From NCBI GenBank assembly GCA_049472355.1, contig JBLIRP010000002.1, positions 1,118 to 65,117 on the forward strand: a stretch of 64,000 nucleotides of DNA. The letters run 5' to 3'. The DNA is from a bacterium. Lineage in GTDB: Bacteria; SZUA-182; DTGQ01; JAFGSM01. The notes under the pieces were generated by a model that saw nothing but the letters and a program-made list of their open reading frames with translations, searched no databases and was not told the DNA's origin. The translations under genes were made by a program, and so were the position numbers. Of this stretch, positions 21,140 through 31,110 are shown in pieces (within the stretch, counting starts at the first letter, position 1; each line of letters starts with the position of its first letter).

Positions 21140-22660
21140 ATGATACAAGTCCTTTTAATCACGGGGAAGCACATGATTGGATCGACGACAAGGCGTTTCG
21201 CCTATGCGCTCATTATCGGGATGATACCCCTTGTGATTCTTCGCACAAACCCTGTGAATGGTTCACTGAAGGAGAAAAATCCCTCCATTGTCCTGATCAC
21301 CGTCGATACATTGCGGGCGGACCATTTGGGCTGTTACGGGTATGAGAGAGAGACCTCGCCGGCAATCGACTCCCTGGCAAAAGACGGCGCCCTTTTTTAC
21401 GAGGCCATTACCCCCATTCCAAAGACCTTGCCGAGCCTTTCATCACTCCTCACCGGATTGCATCCAAAGACCCATGAGGTCTTTGCCTTGGGGATGCGGC
21501 TTTCCGATCTTCATACCCTGTTGCCGGAAATAATGAAACAACGCCGCTATCATACGGGAGGGGTGGTCGGTCAATACAACTGCCATAGAAAATTCGGATT
21601 GGGTCAGGGATTTGATTTTTACGATGATCATTTTGAATGCATTATACAAACCGAAACAGCGCATGAAGAAGGGAAATTTCATCCGGATTCGGAAAAACGG
21701 GCGGAATACGTCGTTGAGAAGGGCATTGAATGGATAAAGGGGCTGAAGGACTCCCCCTCCCCCTTTTTCCTGTGGCTCCACCTGATGGACCCCCATGCAG
21801 CCTATGATCCGCCAGGGGAATACGCGGATTATTTTACCGGACCCGCACCGATGACTTCACGAAGCTATTCGGGGAGATATATCGATCCCGAGCTGATTCA
21901 TCCCTATGCGCGGGTCCGGGGGATCACGGAATATGACTTCTATATCAATAAATACGACGGTGAAATTGCATACATGGACAGTCAGGTGCAGCGATTGTTT
22001 GATTTTCTCAAGGCAACGGACCACTACAATGACGCCCTGATCATACTTACGGCTGACCATGGGGAATATATGGGTGAACATGACGCCCAGGAAACCTGTT
22101 TTACCCACGGTCACACCCTCTTTGAATCGGAGATATGCGTGCCCCTGATCATAAAATTTCCCGGCAATGCCATTCACAACCGAATGGTGTCCTCTCAGGT
22201 ATCCCTCGTCGATATCTTTCCAACCGTATTGGCGGTCATCGGTGAACAGGGAGTGCCCTGTGAAGGGAAAAACCTGCTGGACCTGTTGGAAAAGGGGGAT
22301 ACAACGCACGATAGCGCCGCCTTCATTCAATTGAAGGAGGGAAAAGGATTGGCGGTTCGAAAGGATCGGTACAAGCTCATCGTCGAAACAAAATATCCGG
22401 TAAAAAAACTGATCAGAAGACTCAAGAAGCACAGGAACGTAGGCATTCGTTATACGTTATATGATCTCCTCCAGGATCCTCTCGAGCGCAGCAACGTTTA
22501 TAAAAACAACAGGGATGCGGCAATGCATCTCGCAGAAGAGCTGTTTGACTGGCTTGCAATGTCGGGTACCCCCGATGCGGGGTATGCCCCGATAAACATG
22601 CTGGATGAGCAGACGATACAGCATCTCAAATCACTGGGATATATCCAGACGGGTGAGTAG
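21140..22660 (+). CDS. sulfatase-like (alkaline-phosphatase superfamily) hydrolase/transferase, Thr-type
   Basis: N-terminal TM. VLITVDTLRADHLGCYGY, LTADHGEYMGEH. The position of the sulfatase C/S-x-P-S-R motif reads T-L-P-S-L (PKTLPSLSSLLTGLHP). Confidence 0.8.
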   Translation: MIQVLLITGKHMIGSTTRRFAYALIIGMIPLVILRTNPVNGSLKEKNPSIVLITVDTLRADHLGCYGYERETSPAIDSLAKDGALFYEAITPIPKTLPSLSSLLTGLHPKTHEVFALGMRLSDLHTLLPEIMKQRRYHTGGVVGQYNCHRKFGLGQGFDFYDDHFECIIQTETAHEEGKFHPDSEKRAEYVVEKGIEWIKGLKDSPSPFFLWLHLMDPHAAYDPPGEYADYFTGPAPMTSRSYSGRYIDPELIHPYARVRGITEYDFYINKYDGEIAYMDSQVQRLFDFLKATDHYNDALIILTADHGEYMGEHDAQETCFTHGHTLFESEICVPLIIKFPGNAIHNRMVSSQVSLVDIFPTVLAVIGEQGVPCEGKNLLDLLEKGDTTHDSAAFIQLKEGKGLAVRKDRYKLIVETKYPVKKLIRRLKKHRNVGIRYTLYDLLQDPLERSNVYKNNRDAAMHLAEELFDWLAMSGTPDAGYAPINMLDEQTIQHLKSLGYIQTGE

Positions 22661-22688
22661 GGATCAAAATCCTCACCTGCACGCCCTG

Positions 22689-23585
22689 TCAGATGAGACT
22701 GGTGCTGAAATAGCGTTCGGCACGGTCCGGGAGCACGGTGACCACGGCGCCGGGACGGTGCAGTGACACCTCGACCGCCGCCCACACGTTCGCGCCGGAT
22801 GAGGTCCCCACAAGCAGGCCCTCCTCGCGTGCAAGCTTGCGCGTGGTTTCAATGGCCTCGTCATCACTCACGGTAATGACCTCGTCAATTAAAGAGACAT
22901 CCAGGACCTTGGGGATGAATCCGTCACCGATACCCTGTATCTGATGCAGGCCCGGCTCCTGCCCGAGGAGTGCGGAGCTGTTTCTGGGCTCCACGGCGAT
23001 GATCCGGATATGGCGGTCCATTTCCTTCAAATACCGCCCTACCCCGCCGAGCGTGCCGCCGCTTCCCACTCCGGCAACAAAGGCGCTGATCTGCCGGTCC
23101 ATCTGTTTCCAGATCTCCCTGCCTGTGGTGAGATAGTGGATCTCGGGATTCTTTGGATTTTCGAACTGCTGGGGTATATAGATCCTGGGGTCCTTTTTCG
23201 CCATCTCCATGGCGCAATCAACGCTCCCCTGGATGCCCTTGTCGGCGGGGGTGAGGATCAGCTCGGCTCCGAAGGCCCGTATGATCTTCTTCCTTTCCTC
23301 GCTCATATTCTCGGGCATGGCGATAATTACCCGGTATCCCTTCTGAACACCCACAAAGGCCATGCCGATGCCGGTATTCCCCGAGGTGGGTTCCATGATG
23401 ACGGAATCCCTCTTGAGGACTCCTTCCTTTTCCGCCTCCTCGATGAGATGCTTGGCCACACGGTCCTTGATGCTTCCGCCCGGATTCAGAAACTCGGCCT
23501 TTGCATAGACCTCCCTGTGGGTAATATGCCGTATCTTCACCATGGGGGTATTTCCGATCGCATTCAAAATCGACGAGTAATGCAT
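22689..23585 (-). CDS. cysK: cysteine synthase (O-acetylserine sulfhydrylase family)
   Basis: 298 aa. NPGGSIKDRVA (PLP lysine), TSGNTGIG, GVGSGGTLGG. Confidence 0.9.
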   Translation of the reverse strand: MHYSSILNAIGNTPMVKIRHITHREVYAKAEFLNPGGSIKDRVAKHLIEEAEKEGVLKRDSVIMEPTSGNTGIGMAFVGVQKGYRVIIAMPENMSEERKKIIRAFGAELILTPADKGIQGSVDCAMEMAKKDPRIYIPQQFENPKNPEIHYLTTGREIWKQMDRQISAFVAGVGSGGTLGGVGRYLKEMDRHIRIIAVEPRNSSALLGQEPGLHQIQGIGDGFIPKVLDVSLIDEVITVSDDEAIETTRKLAREEGLLVGTSSGANVWAAVEVSLHRPGAVVTVLPDRAERYFSTSLI

Positions 23586-23656
23586 GGGATCTCCTCATTC
23601 ATTATATACAACGTAGACCCGCGGTGCAGGTGCTCACGAGGGTACTGCCCCTCTCG

Positions 23657-24418
23657 TTATAATTCTTCGAATCGAACATCCGGTCCGTCGGTATCGACAA
23701 TCGCAAAAAGACCCTCCTTGAGGGGGCCCGGATTGACCACGAGACTCCTTCCCAGCCATTCCTCTCCGCGCGCAGCATGGGCATGTCCGCAGAATACGAA
23801 TTGCGGTTTGAGCCACTCGATCAAGTCATTGACAAGGGGAGACCCCTTGTGCCCCACCTTCTCAAAGTCAAGCTTTGAATGCGGCGGGGTGTGAAGGATG
23901 AGGACCTTGTCCCCCTCCACGTAGGAGAGCCTTCTCAGGGAGAAGCGGACGTGCTCCACTGGATATTGAAGGACAAAATCCTTCTCCGCGCTCCCCCCTG
24001 TTATCTCCCCGCCGAACCCGCTGAAGAAAAACCCTTCGAAGTAGTGGATATGCTCCTGAACGAGCCGTATATTTGAGAGCGTCAGCTCGTAGTGAAACAG
24101 ATGGCCGAAAAAACGCTCCTCAGGGGCGTCCATGTTCCCAGGGATGACCAGTACAGGAACTCCTATCGTATCCATTGACAGAAAAAACGATTGAAGAATC
24201 CTGTGATCCTCCTCCGCCTCCCGGAGGAGTTCGGGGGTATTGTAATCAGGTTTCTTGTTCTCCTCCTTCCCCTTGAGCCAGAGGGCGCCCCGTGCCTTTC
24301 CCTTCGCCACATCACCGCAGAACACGATCAAATCGGGTGAAAGCTCCCGAAAGACCCTGGTGATGTCATCAAGAAGGTCGGTATTACCGTGGAAATCGGA
24401 GATAACAAGGATCTTCAT
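23657..24418 (-). CDS. metallophosphoesterase
   Basis: MKILVISDFHGN, FCGDV, GNMD, GHAH motifs typical of calcineurin-like phosphoesterases. Confidence 0.82.
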   Translation of the reverse strand: MKILVISDFHGNTDLLDDITRVFRELSPDLIVFCGDVAKGKARGALWLKGKEENKKPDYNTPELLREAEEDHRILQSFFLSMDTIGVPVLVIPGNMDAPEERFFGHLFHYELTLSNIRLVQEHIHYFEGFFFSGFGGEITGGSAEKDFVLQYPVEHVRFSLRRLSYVEGDKVLILHTPPHSKLDFEKVGHKGSPLVNDLIEWLKPQFVFCGHAHAARGEEWLGRSLVVNPGPLKEGLFAIVDTDGPDVRFEEL

Positions 24419-24702
24419 AAACTTCCCTCACGCCGCACGACACCGGAGGCTTATCGTGTACAGGTGATCATGTGACTACGCATGAATGTTATGCTTCCTG
24501 GTTCCTTGCCGGCATCGCGCCTATTTTGTTCAATAGAGGGTATCATGTAATGGTTCACTATTGTGCGGGAAGGGGTGCCTTCTCCCGCAATGTATTGGTT
24601 AGTTACTATATTATGACGCCATCCGGTTGAAACGTCAAGTAACCCTTTATTTTTGCTGATGGAATGTATCTCCTGAACCGGGTGCCTGTTCTCATGCATA
24701 TG

Positions 24703-24890
24703 GTGAAACATTCATGGGCCTTCCGCCCGCAAGGGGATATGAAAATCCTGGGAGAAGATTTTCAGGTGAAACGCTCATGAGCCGGATGAAACTGCGAATG
24801 TCGAATATCGAATGTAGAATGTAGAAGTGAAACGCCCATGAGCCTTCGGCTCACAAGGAAGCATGAAAATGTCCCAAAGGGGATTTTCAG
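24703..24890. repeat. tandem ~62-nt structured repeats (2 full copies plus 1 degenerate) in an intergenic region
   Basis: Copy 1 at 24703-24765 and copy 3 at 24827-24890 share GTGAAAC..CATG.GCC-hairpin-ATGAAAAT..GATTTTCAG. The middle copy decays into a GAATGT-type microrepeat (24795-24826). Confidence 0.8.
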
Positions 24891-25048
24891 ATGAAATAGC
24901 TGATGACAACCGCAATTCTGATTTTAACCCTTGATTGGGGAGGGTAAACATGTCTTCTCACGACAAGACAATGTCAAAATCAGAATTACCGGGATGACAA
25001 GCCCGGGAAGCCATAGGGGACATAGTGCGGGGGGGGTTACCGGGCGAT

Positions 25049-25900
25049 TCACTTGTGTGGATTGGTCATGCAAAACGCCGCGTCGATCAGGTGGGTCACC
25101 AGAAAGGTCAGGGGGCTTCCTTCAAGCGATCGCACCATGGCGCCCAGCCATCTTCTGGCGGTCGTGCGGTCGGCATTAAGCAGGTCCGCCTTGGCGCGAA
25201 TGAGGAGATCGGTTTCGTTGCGGCAGGAATCAAAGTAATAGTCGGCGAGGGATACGATCTCATTCATGAAACGATAGTAGGTGCATTCACTCAGGTAGCG
25301 ATCCTGCCTATGGGCCGTTTGCTCGGCAGTGCAGTGTGCCAGCCGGGGACGCAATCTCAACGCATAGAACAGGCTCAGATACCGTATGCGGCACCTTCCC
25401 GGCGGAATCCAATGCGCCCAGGGGATGCCGATATGGGCCTCCACAGGTGATGTGGCAAGCGGGAAGGTGGCAAGGAGCACCCCATCCGGCCTGAGCACCC
25501 TGGCGCATTCCCCGAACATCCGGTCGATGAACCGCACATGCTCAAAAACCTGGTTGGCATAGATGACATCGAATGAATCGTCTTCAAAGGGGATCGAGCG
25601 GTCGTCCGGGGCCGTGCGTATACGGTCGTTGCCCGAGGCATCGGCATATGCGGCCACCCGATCCCTGAGGGAGCCGCTCACCCCTGCAAGATCATAGCCG
25701 TACAGATCGTACCCGTAATCGAGGAGGTGCTCGATCACGGTCCCGTCCCCGCATCCCATGTCCAGGACCGACAATCTCCTTCCCTGGGCAAGATCATGGA
25801 GCCTGCGTGCGATATAGAGGGTGGTGGATGAATTCCACTGTCCGTCTGTGGCGCGTATCCCCGAATCCCTATGCGTGTCTCCCCTGTATCCCTTTGTCAT
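25049..25900 (-). CDS. class I SAM-dependent methyltransferase
   Basis: VLDMGCGDGTV, FDVIYANQVFEHV, LRPDGVLL. ATGA overlap with the upstream gene. Confidence 0.82.
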   Translation of the reverse strand: MTKGYRGDTHRDSGIRATDGQWNSSTTLYIARRLHDLAQGRRLSVLDMGCGDGTVIEHLLDYGYDLYGYDLAGVSGSLRDRVAAYADASGNDRIRTAPDDRSIPFEDDSFDVIYANQVFEHVRFIDRMFGECARVLRPDGVLLATFPLATSPVEAHIGIPWAHWIPPGRCRIRYLSLFYALRLRPRLAHCTAEQTAHRQDRYLSECTYYRFMNEIVSLADYYFDSCRNETDLLIRAKADLLNADRTTARRWLGAMVRSLEGSPLTFLVTHLIDAAFCMTNPHK

Positions 25901-27801
25901 AGCGCCACCAGGACGATGTCCCCCCTCCGGCAGAGCATGGCAGCGGACCGAACCAATTCCATCAGCATCCTCCGGTCCCTGTCCGTAAAGTCAAAGGTTC
26001 TGAACGATGCCTCCAATCGATCGATCTCGGGGAAGTTGACGAGGAGATGGGTAATCCCCATCCCCCTGAGCCGCTCACGGACCTCCCCGGGGGTGCCGGC
26101 ATCCTTGACAATGGGGACAATGGGATTGATATCAAAGACGGTGGAGGAGATGACATCCCTGACGCAGTAAAAGCTGATGGTCTCACCGAGAAAGAGTATG
26201 CGTGCATGGGAGGGGAGTTTCTCGTTGATGAATCCGAAAATGGGGTAGCTGGATATGGCCCGGGATAGATATGCATCCGGTGTTTCGGCCCCGCTGAGAT
26301 ATCTCCATGGATCATACACCCGGGACATGGTGGCGGCGGCATAAAAGAGATTATAGGCAAGCCCCGCCATAAGCAGACTGATGACCAATACCCTGACCAT
26401 CCTCCCCGCACGATTGACGATGCGGCTGAGGGTATTGGTTTCGAGCAGTATGAGTATGGCGAAGCACGGGATGGCGAAGCGGGTCATCCGGAAGGTGAAT
26501 CCCCAGAGAAGATAGTACGCCGCACAGTAGAAGGCAGCCAAGGACCACACGGGGTTTTCCCTGTCCGGAATGAATGCGAGTGGAATGAACAGTACCACCA
26601 GCAGGCCGATCGACCCCCCGACCCCGAACCGGCCGGGGTGCGCAAGCATGTCGTAGGGGATGGTCAGGATGTCGATCGGTAGACGACCGCTCAGAGAAAC
26701 GCCATGGGCCGAGCCATGGAAGGCATCGAGCCTTTCCTTCGACATCCCCGGGCTTCCCCATACGTCCGCCCACTGGGGATAAAAGGGATTGTGCGTCCAT
26801 ACCAGATTTTTGATATACCAGCCCGATCCGACAACGATCGCGATAACGACAAAGAGCAGGAGCGCGGTAACCGCGCCGCGAATGAGTCTTTTTCGGGTGA
26901 GGAATACGAACAGCATGCAGAGCATGCCAAGCCCCAGGCAAAAAATAATGGCGGTATATTTGGTGCCCAGGGAAAACCCGGTCATGAGCGAAGCGGCGGC
27001 GAGCCACCCCTTCTTACCGGTGACCGACCACATGCACAGGGCATGGAATGCGAGGATCGCATACAGGGAAAACCCGAGATCCACGTTCACCAATGATCCC
27101 ATAATGAGCATGGTGGGGGTTATGAGGAGGATGATCCCGGCAAGCCATGCAAAGGGGCGCCGGGTCATTCTCAGGGCACAGAGCGACAGGCCGGCTGCGT
27201 TCAAGAGGGCGAGGATCATGACCAGGGATTTCGGCGCACCCTGCCCTCCCAGGAGGAGGCACACTGCAAAGAGATTCTGGATCAAAAAGGGGTGGTACGA
27301 ATGCATGGAATACGGCATACGAAAAATGGCACCCTGAACGATGTATTGGTTGGGAATCCCCAGGTGATACACCAGCGCATCATAAAAAACCGGGGGAATG
27401 CGGGACATGAGCGTCAGCCAGATGAGGGTGATGATGACAAGGGGAAAAAACATCAGGGAGAAGGATGAACGGCGAAGCGAGCGGACAAGGGGCCCGGCGA
27501 CGGATGCACAGGTCGCTGCGTATGCCTTGATGGCGCGGAACCCGGCGAGAAAGAGGAGCATGAGAAGCGCCAGCACGGCCCAGAACGTCAACAACCCCGA
27601 CACCCCGAGAATGAGGATGAGAAGGGCGATGATCCCGAGCCCTATGGATATGCTGAAGATCCCTTCTTCCAGCACCTCGATCGGCCCCTCTGGTGCACCG
27701 AACAGGCGGGACCATACAAGTTTCCCGATCCCCAGCGATATCGACAGGAACACCGCAACAAACAGCATGTCGGCAATCATCGTGACAATGAGCTTAAACA
27801 A
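25897..27801 (-). CDS. polytopic membrane protein, possible GT-C-type glycosyltransferase, with C-terminal soluble domain
   Basis: 634 aa with more than 10 predicted TM helices, then a soluble tail of about 150 aa. The functional call rests on context only. Confidence 0.6.
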   Translation of the reverse strand: MFKLIVTMIADMLFVAVFLSISLGIGKLVWSRLFGAPEGPIEVLEEGIFSISIGLGIIALLILILGVSGLLTFWAVLALLMLLFLAGFRAIKAYAATCASVAGPLVRSLRRSSFSLMFFPLVIITLIWLTLMSRIPPVFYDALVYHLGIPNQYIVQGAIFRMPYSMHSYHPFLIQNLFAVCLLLGGQGAPKSLVMILALLNAAGLSLCALRMTRRPFAWLAGIILLITPTMLIMGSLVNVDLGFSLYAILAFHALCMWSVTGKKGWLAAASLMTGFSLGTKYTAIIFCLGLGMLCMLFVFLTRKRLIRGAVTALLLFVVIAIVVGSGWYIKNLVWTHNPFYPQWADVWGSPGMSKERLDAFHGSAHGVSLSGRLPIDILTIPYDMLAHPGRFGVGGSIGLLVVLFIPLAFIPDRENPVWSLAAFYCAAYYLLWGFTFRMTRFAIPCFAILILLETNTLSRIVNRAGRMVRVLVISLLMAGLAYNLFYAAATMSRVYDPWRYLSGAETPDAYLSRAISSYPIFGFINEKLPSHARILFLGETISFYCVRDVISSTVFDINPIVPIVKDAGTPGEVRERLRGMGITHLLVNFPEIDRLEASFRTFDFTDRDRRMLMELVRSAAMLCRRGDIVLVAL

Positions 27802-27994
27802 TCGTTATCACCTGCATCCTCACCTTGCCTGCCGGTTGAACACGCGGATGAGTGCATCCGTGTCCTGCCGTCCATGATTTCCCAATATATTGTAAGATAG
27901 GGGGAAAAAGGGCTGCACCCGTGTGCTGCGGACGAGCGCTACAGCCCGGCCGAATCCCTATCGTATCATATCCCCATGAATCCCGGTTTCCGGT

Positions 27995-29215
27995 TCATGG
28001 CCGCTCCTGCGCAATACATTCTTCATACAGGCCCGCCATCTTCTCCAGGGTATCCTCGATGAGGAATTCCCTCCTTATCCGCTCCCGCGCCTCATTACCC
28101 ATTCGCTGTGCATCCCGTGGAGATCGGATGAGGGAAACCACGGCCCTGCACAGGGCATCCGCATCCCCCGGCGGTATGAGAATTCCTTCCTTCCCCTCCC
28201 TTCCGATCACCTCACCGGTCCCTCCCACGCGGGTGGCCACCACCGGCCTGCCCAGGGCCATTGCCTCGAGAAGTGACTGGGGAAGCCCCTCCTCTTCCGA
28301 GGTCAGGCAAAAGATATCGAGGCTCGCCATCCAGGGAAGGACATCGGGCTGAAATCCGGCAAATATGACCCGTTCCGCGATCCCGAGCCTCTCAGCCATG
28401 CCCCTCAATGCCTCCCTTTCAGGTCCGTCGCCCACAATGAGAAGCCTCACTCGTGGTATGGATGCGCCGATACGGGCGAATCCCTGAAGGAGCATTCCGA
28501 GGCCCTTGTCCCGGTGAAGTCGTGCCGCAGTGCCTATCAACCATTCCCCCTGTTTGATATCCAGCCGCGCCCGAATGGATGCCCCTGCCCTCCCCTCTTC
28601 CAGTAACCGCTCTTCCACCCCATGATAGACCACCCGTATGGCATCCGAAGCAATGCCCTCCCGGTCGCAATACCTTTTCTTTACCGCCTTGGAAACGGCC
28701 ATGACCATATCGGCCCTTTTCAAGGCCCACCGGTCGAGGAGAATGCGCCACTGCGCCTTGTTTCTGTCAATGCACCGCACGGAGGCTATGATCCTTGCCC
28801 TTTTCCCCAGGGCAAGGAACCGGCTGATGCCTGCCATGAGATTGGCCTGAAAAAGAAAGGAGTGCACGATATCGGGCGCCGTCCGCCTCAGGAGCCTCCG
28901 AAACCGGAGGAACCCGATGGTGAACTGCAGGGGATACCTGAAGGTGATGCGCTGCGGCAGGTTCAGGTGTGTCACGCCGATTCCGCGGCGTTCCAGTTCT
29001 TGTGCCATGAATCCCGGCCGCTTCATACTGCACACGATTACCTGCATCCCCCGCTGTTTCATCCCGCACGCCAACCTCGACACCGATGCCTCGGTGCCGC
29101 CGAAATCGGAATCGGTGATCAGGTAGAGGATGCTTATCGCATTATTCTTCCCCGCGTCCCTCTCACTCTCCTTCTCCCTGTCCCTTGCGAGCCACATATG
29201 TTTAAGAGCATCCAT
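27995..29215 (-). CDS. glycosyltransferase family 4
   Basis: ILYLITDSDFGGTE N-terminus and TSEEEGLPQSLLEAMALGRPVVAT. Confidence 0.88.
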   Translation of the reverse strand: MDALKHMWLARDREKESERDAGKNNAISILYLITDSDFGGTEASVSRLACGMKQRGMQVIVCSMKRPGFMAQELERRGIGVTHLNLPQRITFRYPLQFTIGFLRFRRLLRRTAPDIVHSFLFQANLMAGISRFLALGKRARIIASVRCIDRNKAQWRILLDRWALKRADMVMAVSKAVKKRYCDREGIASDAIRVVYHGVEERLLEEGRAGASIRARLDIKQGEWLIGTAARLHRDKGLGMLLQGFARIGASIPRVRLLIVGDGPEREALRGMAERLGIAERVIFAGFQPDVLPWMASLDIFCLTSEEEGLPQSLLEAMALGRPVVATRVGGTGEVIGREGKEGILIPPGDADALCRAVVSLIRSPRDAQRMGNEARERIRREFLIEDTLEKMAGLYEECIAQERP

Positions 29216-31108
29216 TCATCCGTCCGCGAAGCGGAGGTGCCAGAGCTCCAGGATGAGCAGCGCCCAGATCCGGTAGGCATGGTCAGCCTGCCTTCTGCAG
29301 TGGGCATCGAGCAATCCCCGCACCTCTTCCTGCCTGAAATAGCCCCGCTCGATCGCCCTCCGGCTCAGCAGCGTATCGTATGCCATCTCGCGCAACTCGT
29401 TCCTGAACCAGGCATCAATGGGAACGCCGAATCCCATCTTGGGCCTTGAAAGGATCTCCTGCGGGAGAATTTTCCGGAAGGCCCGTTTCAGAAAATATTT
29501 TGTGTGCCATCCCCTGAGCTTGAGGGAATGGGGCAGAGAGGCGGCGAATTCCATGAGCCGGTGATCGAGAAAGGGGGATCGTGCCTCCAGGGCATGGGCC
29601 ATGGTGGCGATGTCCACCTTGACCATGAGGTCGTCGGGCAGATATGTGTGCACATCCACGTACAGGGTGCGGTCAAGGAATGCATCCCCCTGTGCCCGTG
29701 CATACCATTCCTCTATGTATGCATAGGAATCCAGGTTCTTTACCTGTGATGCGAATTCGTCCGTATACAACTGTGCCTTGGCCGTATTGTCGAAGGAGCA
29801 GATCCACCGGCAATACCGGCGCTCCGCCCGTTCACCCAGGGCATTCACAAAGCGCTTGAGCCTGCGGGTGAATCCCTTGTACCGGTAATCACAGGGAAGG
29901 GCGTTCACGATCCTGCTGACGGCCGCAGGCCCCATCCAGGAGGGGACCTTCGTGTATACACCCGCCAGCCGGTCTGCAAGGTAACGCTCATACCCGGCGA
30001 AGGATTCGTCACCCCCGTCACCGTTCAACGCCACGGTCACCCCCTGCCGGGTCATCTTCGCTAGGTAGAAGCTTGGTATGGCGGAGGAATCGGCAAAGGG
30101 CTCATCGTAATGCCAGATCAGCGAGGGAAGGATCTGCGCGGCATTGGGCCGCACGATGAACTCATGGTGCTCCGTGTTGAAGAGCCGGGCCACTTTGCGT
30201 GCATAGGAAAGCTCATTGTAGGCGTGATCCTCGAATCCTATGGAGAAGGTCTTGACCGGGGCATTGGTCAGCCTGCTCATCATGGCAACGGTGGCACTGG
30301 AATCGATCCCCCCGCTGAGGAATGCCCCGAGGGGCACATCGCTCATCAGGCGTATCCGGACCGCATCCTCGAAACGATCGATGAATTGGGCCTCCAGATC
30401 CTCCATAGAGCTCGCCGCATGTTTTGTCCTGTAATCCAGGTCCCAGTAGCGGGCCGTATGGATGGCGCCGTTCTCCCAGACAAGGTAATGTGCCGGGGGA
30501 AGCTTCATGATCCCCTTGTATATGGTCATGGGGTGCGGGATGTATTGAAAGGTGAGGTAGTGATGCAGTGCTCGGGTATCGATCTCCAGGTTCACCCCGG
30601 GGCAGGCGCGGAGTGCCTTGAGCTCGGAGCCGAAGAAGAGCCCGTCCCTTGTGATGGCGTAGAACAACGGCTTTTTCCCTATCCGGTCGCGGGCGAGCAA
30701 AAGCCTTTTTCGTCGCTCGTCCCACAGCGCAAGGCTGAACATGCCCCAGAGGGAGGAGATGCACTCCTCTCCCAGTTCTTCGTACAGGTGCAGGATCACC
30801 TCGCTGTCGCTTCGCGAACGGAAGGTGTGCCCCCGCTTCTCGAGATCGGCACGCAAGGGGAGGTAGTTATAGATCTCCCCGTTCACTACCAGGTGTATGG
30901 AGGAATCCTCATTCGGCATGGGCTGCCTGCCCAGGGGGCTCAAATCAATGATGCTCAGGCGGCGATGTCCAAGGCCTGCAGGCCCGCTGCAATAAATCCC
31001 CTCCGCGTCGGGCCCCCGGTGAACGAGCTGTGTGGCCATCCGCCGGATGAGCCCCCGGTCCATAACCCTTTGTGCATCAAAGAGAATACCGCCGCAGATA
31101 CCGCACAT
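29216..31108 (-). CDS. asnB: asparagine synthase (glutamine-hydrolysing) family amidotransferase
   Basis: N-terminal nucleophile MCGICGG (start at 31108, not the longer ORF to 31216), HRGPD, and PP-loop SGGIDSS. Confidence 0.9.
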   Translation of the reverse strand: MCGICGGILFDAQRVMDRGLIRRMATQLVHRGPDAEGIYCSGPAGLGHRRLSIIDLSPLGRQPMPNEDSSIHLVVNGEIYNYLPLRADLEKRGHTFRSRSDSEVILHLYEELGEECISSLWGMFSLALWDERRKRLLLARDRIGKKPLFYAITRDGLFFGSELKALRACPGVNLEIDTRALHHYLTFQYIPHPMTIYKGIMKLPPAHYLVWENGAIHTARYWDLDYRTKHAASSMEDLEAQFIDRFEDAVRIRLMSDVPLGAFLSGGIDSSATVAMMSRLTNAPVKTFSIGFEDHAYNELSYARKVARLFNTEHHEFIVRPNAAQILPSLIWHYDEPFADSSAIPSFYLAKMTRQGVTVALNGDGGDESFAGYERYLADRLAGVYTKVPSWMGPAAVSRIVNALPCDYRYKGFTRRLKRFVNALGERAERRYCRWICSFDNTAKAQLYTDEFASQVKNLDSYAYIEEWYARAQGDAFLDRTLYVDVHTYLPDDLMVKVDIATMAHALEARSPFLDHRLMEFAASLPHSLKLRGWHTKYFLKRAFRKILPQEILSRPKMGFGVPIDAWFRNELREMAYDTLLSRRAIERGYFRQEEVRGLLDAHCRRQADHAYRIWALLILELWHLRFADG

Positions 31109-31110
31109 GG

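Noticed and set aside
24451-24711. 86-aa ORF in the spacer next to the tandem repeats.
   Set aside because: No RBS or motifs, and it runs into the repeat unit. Probably non-coding.
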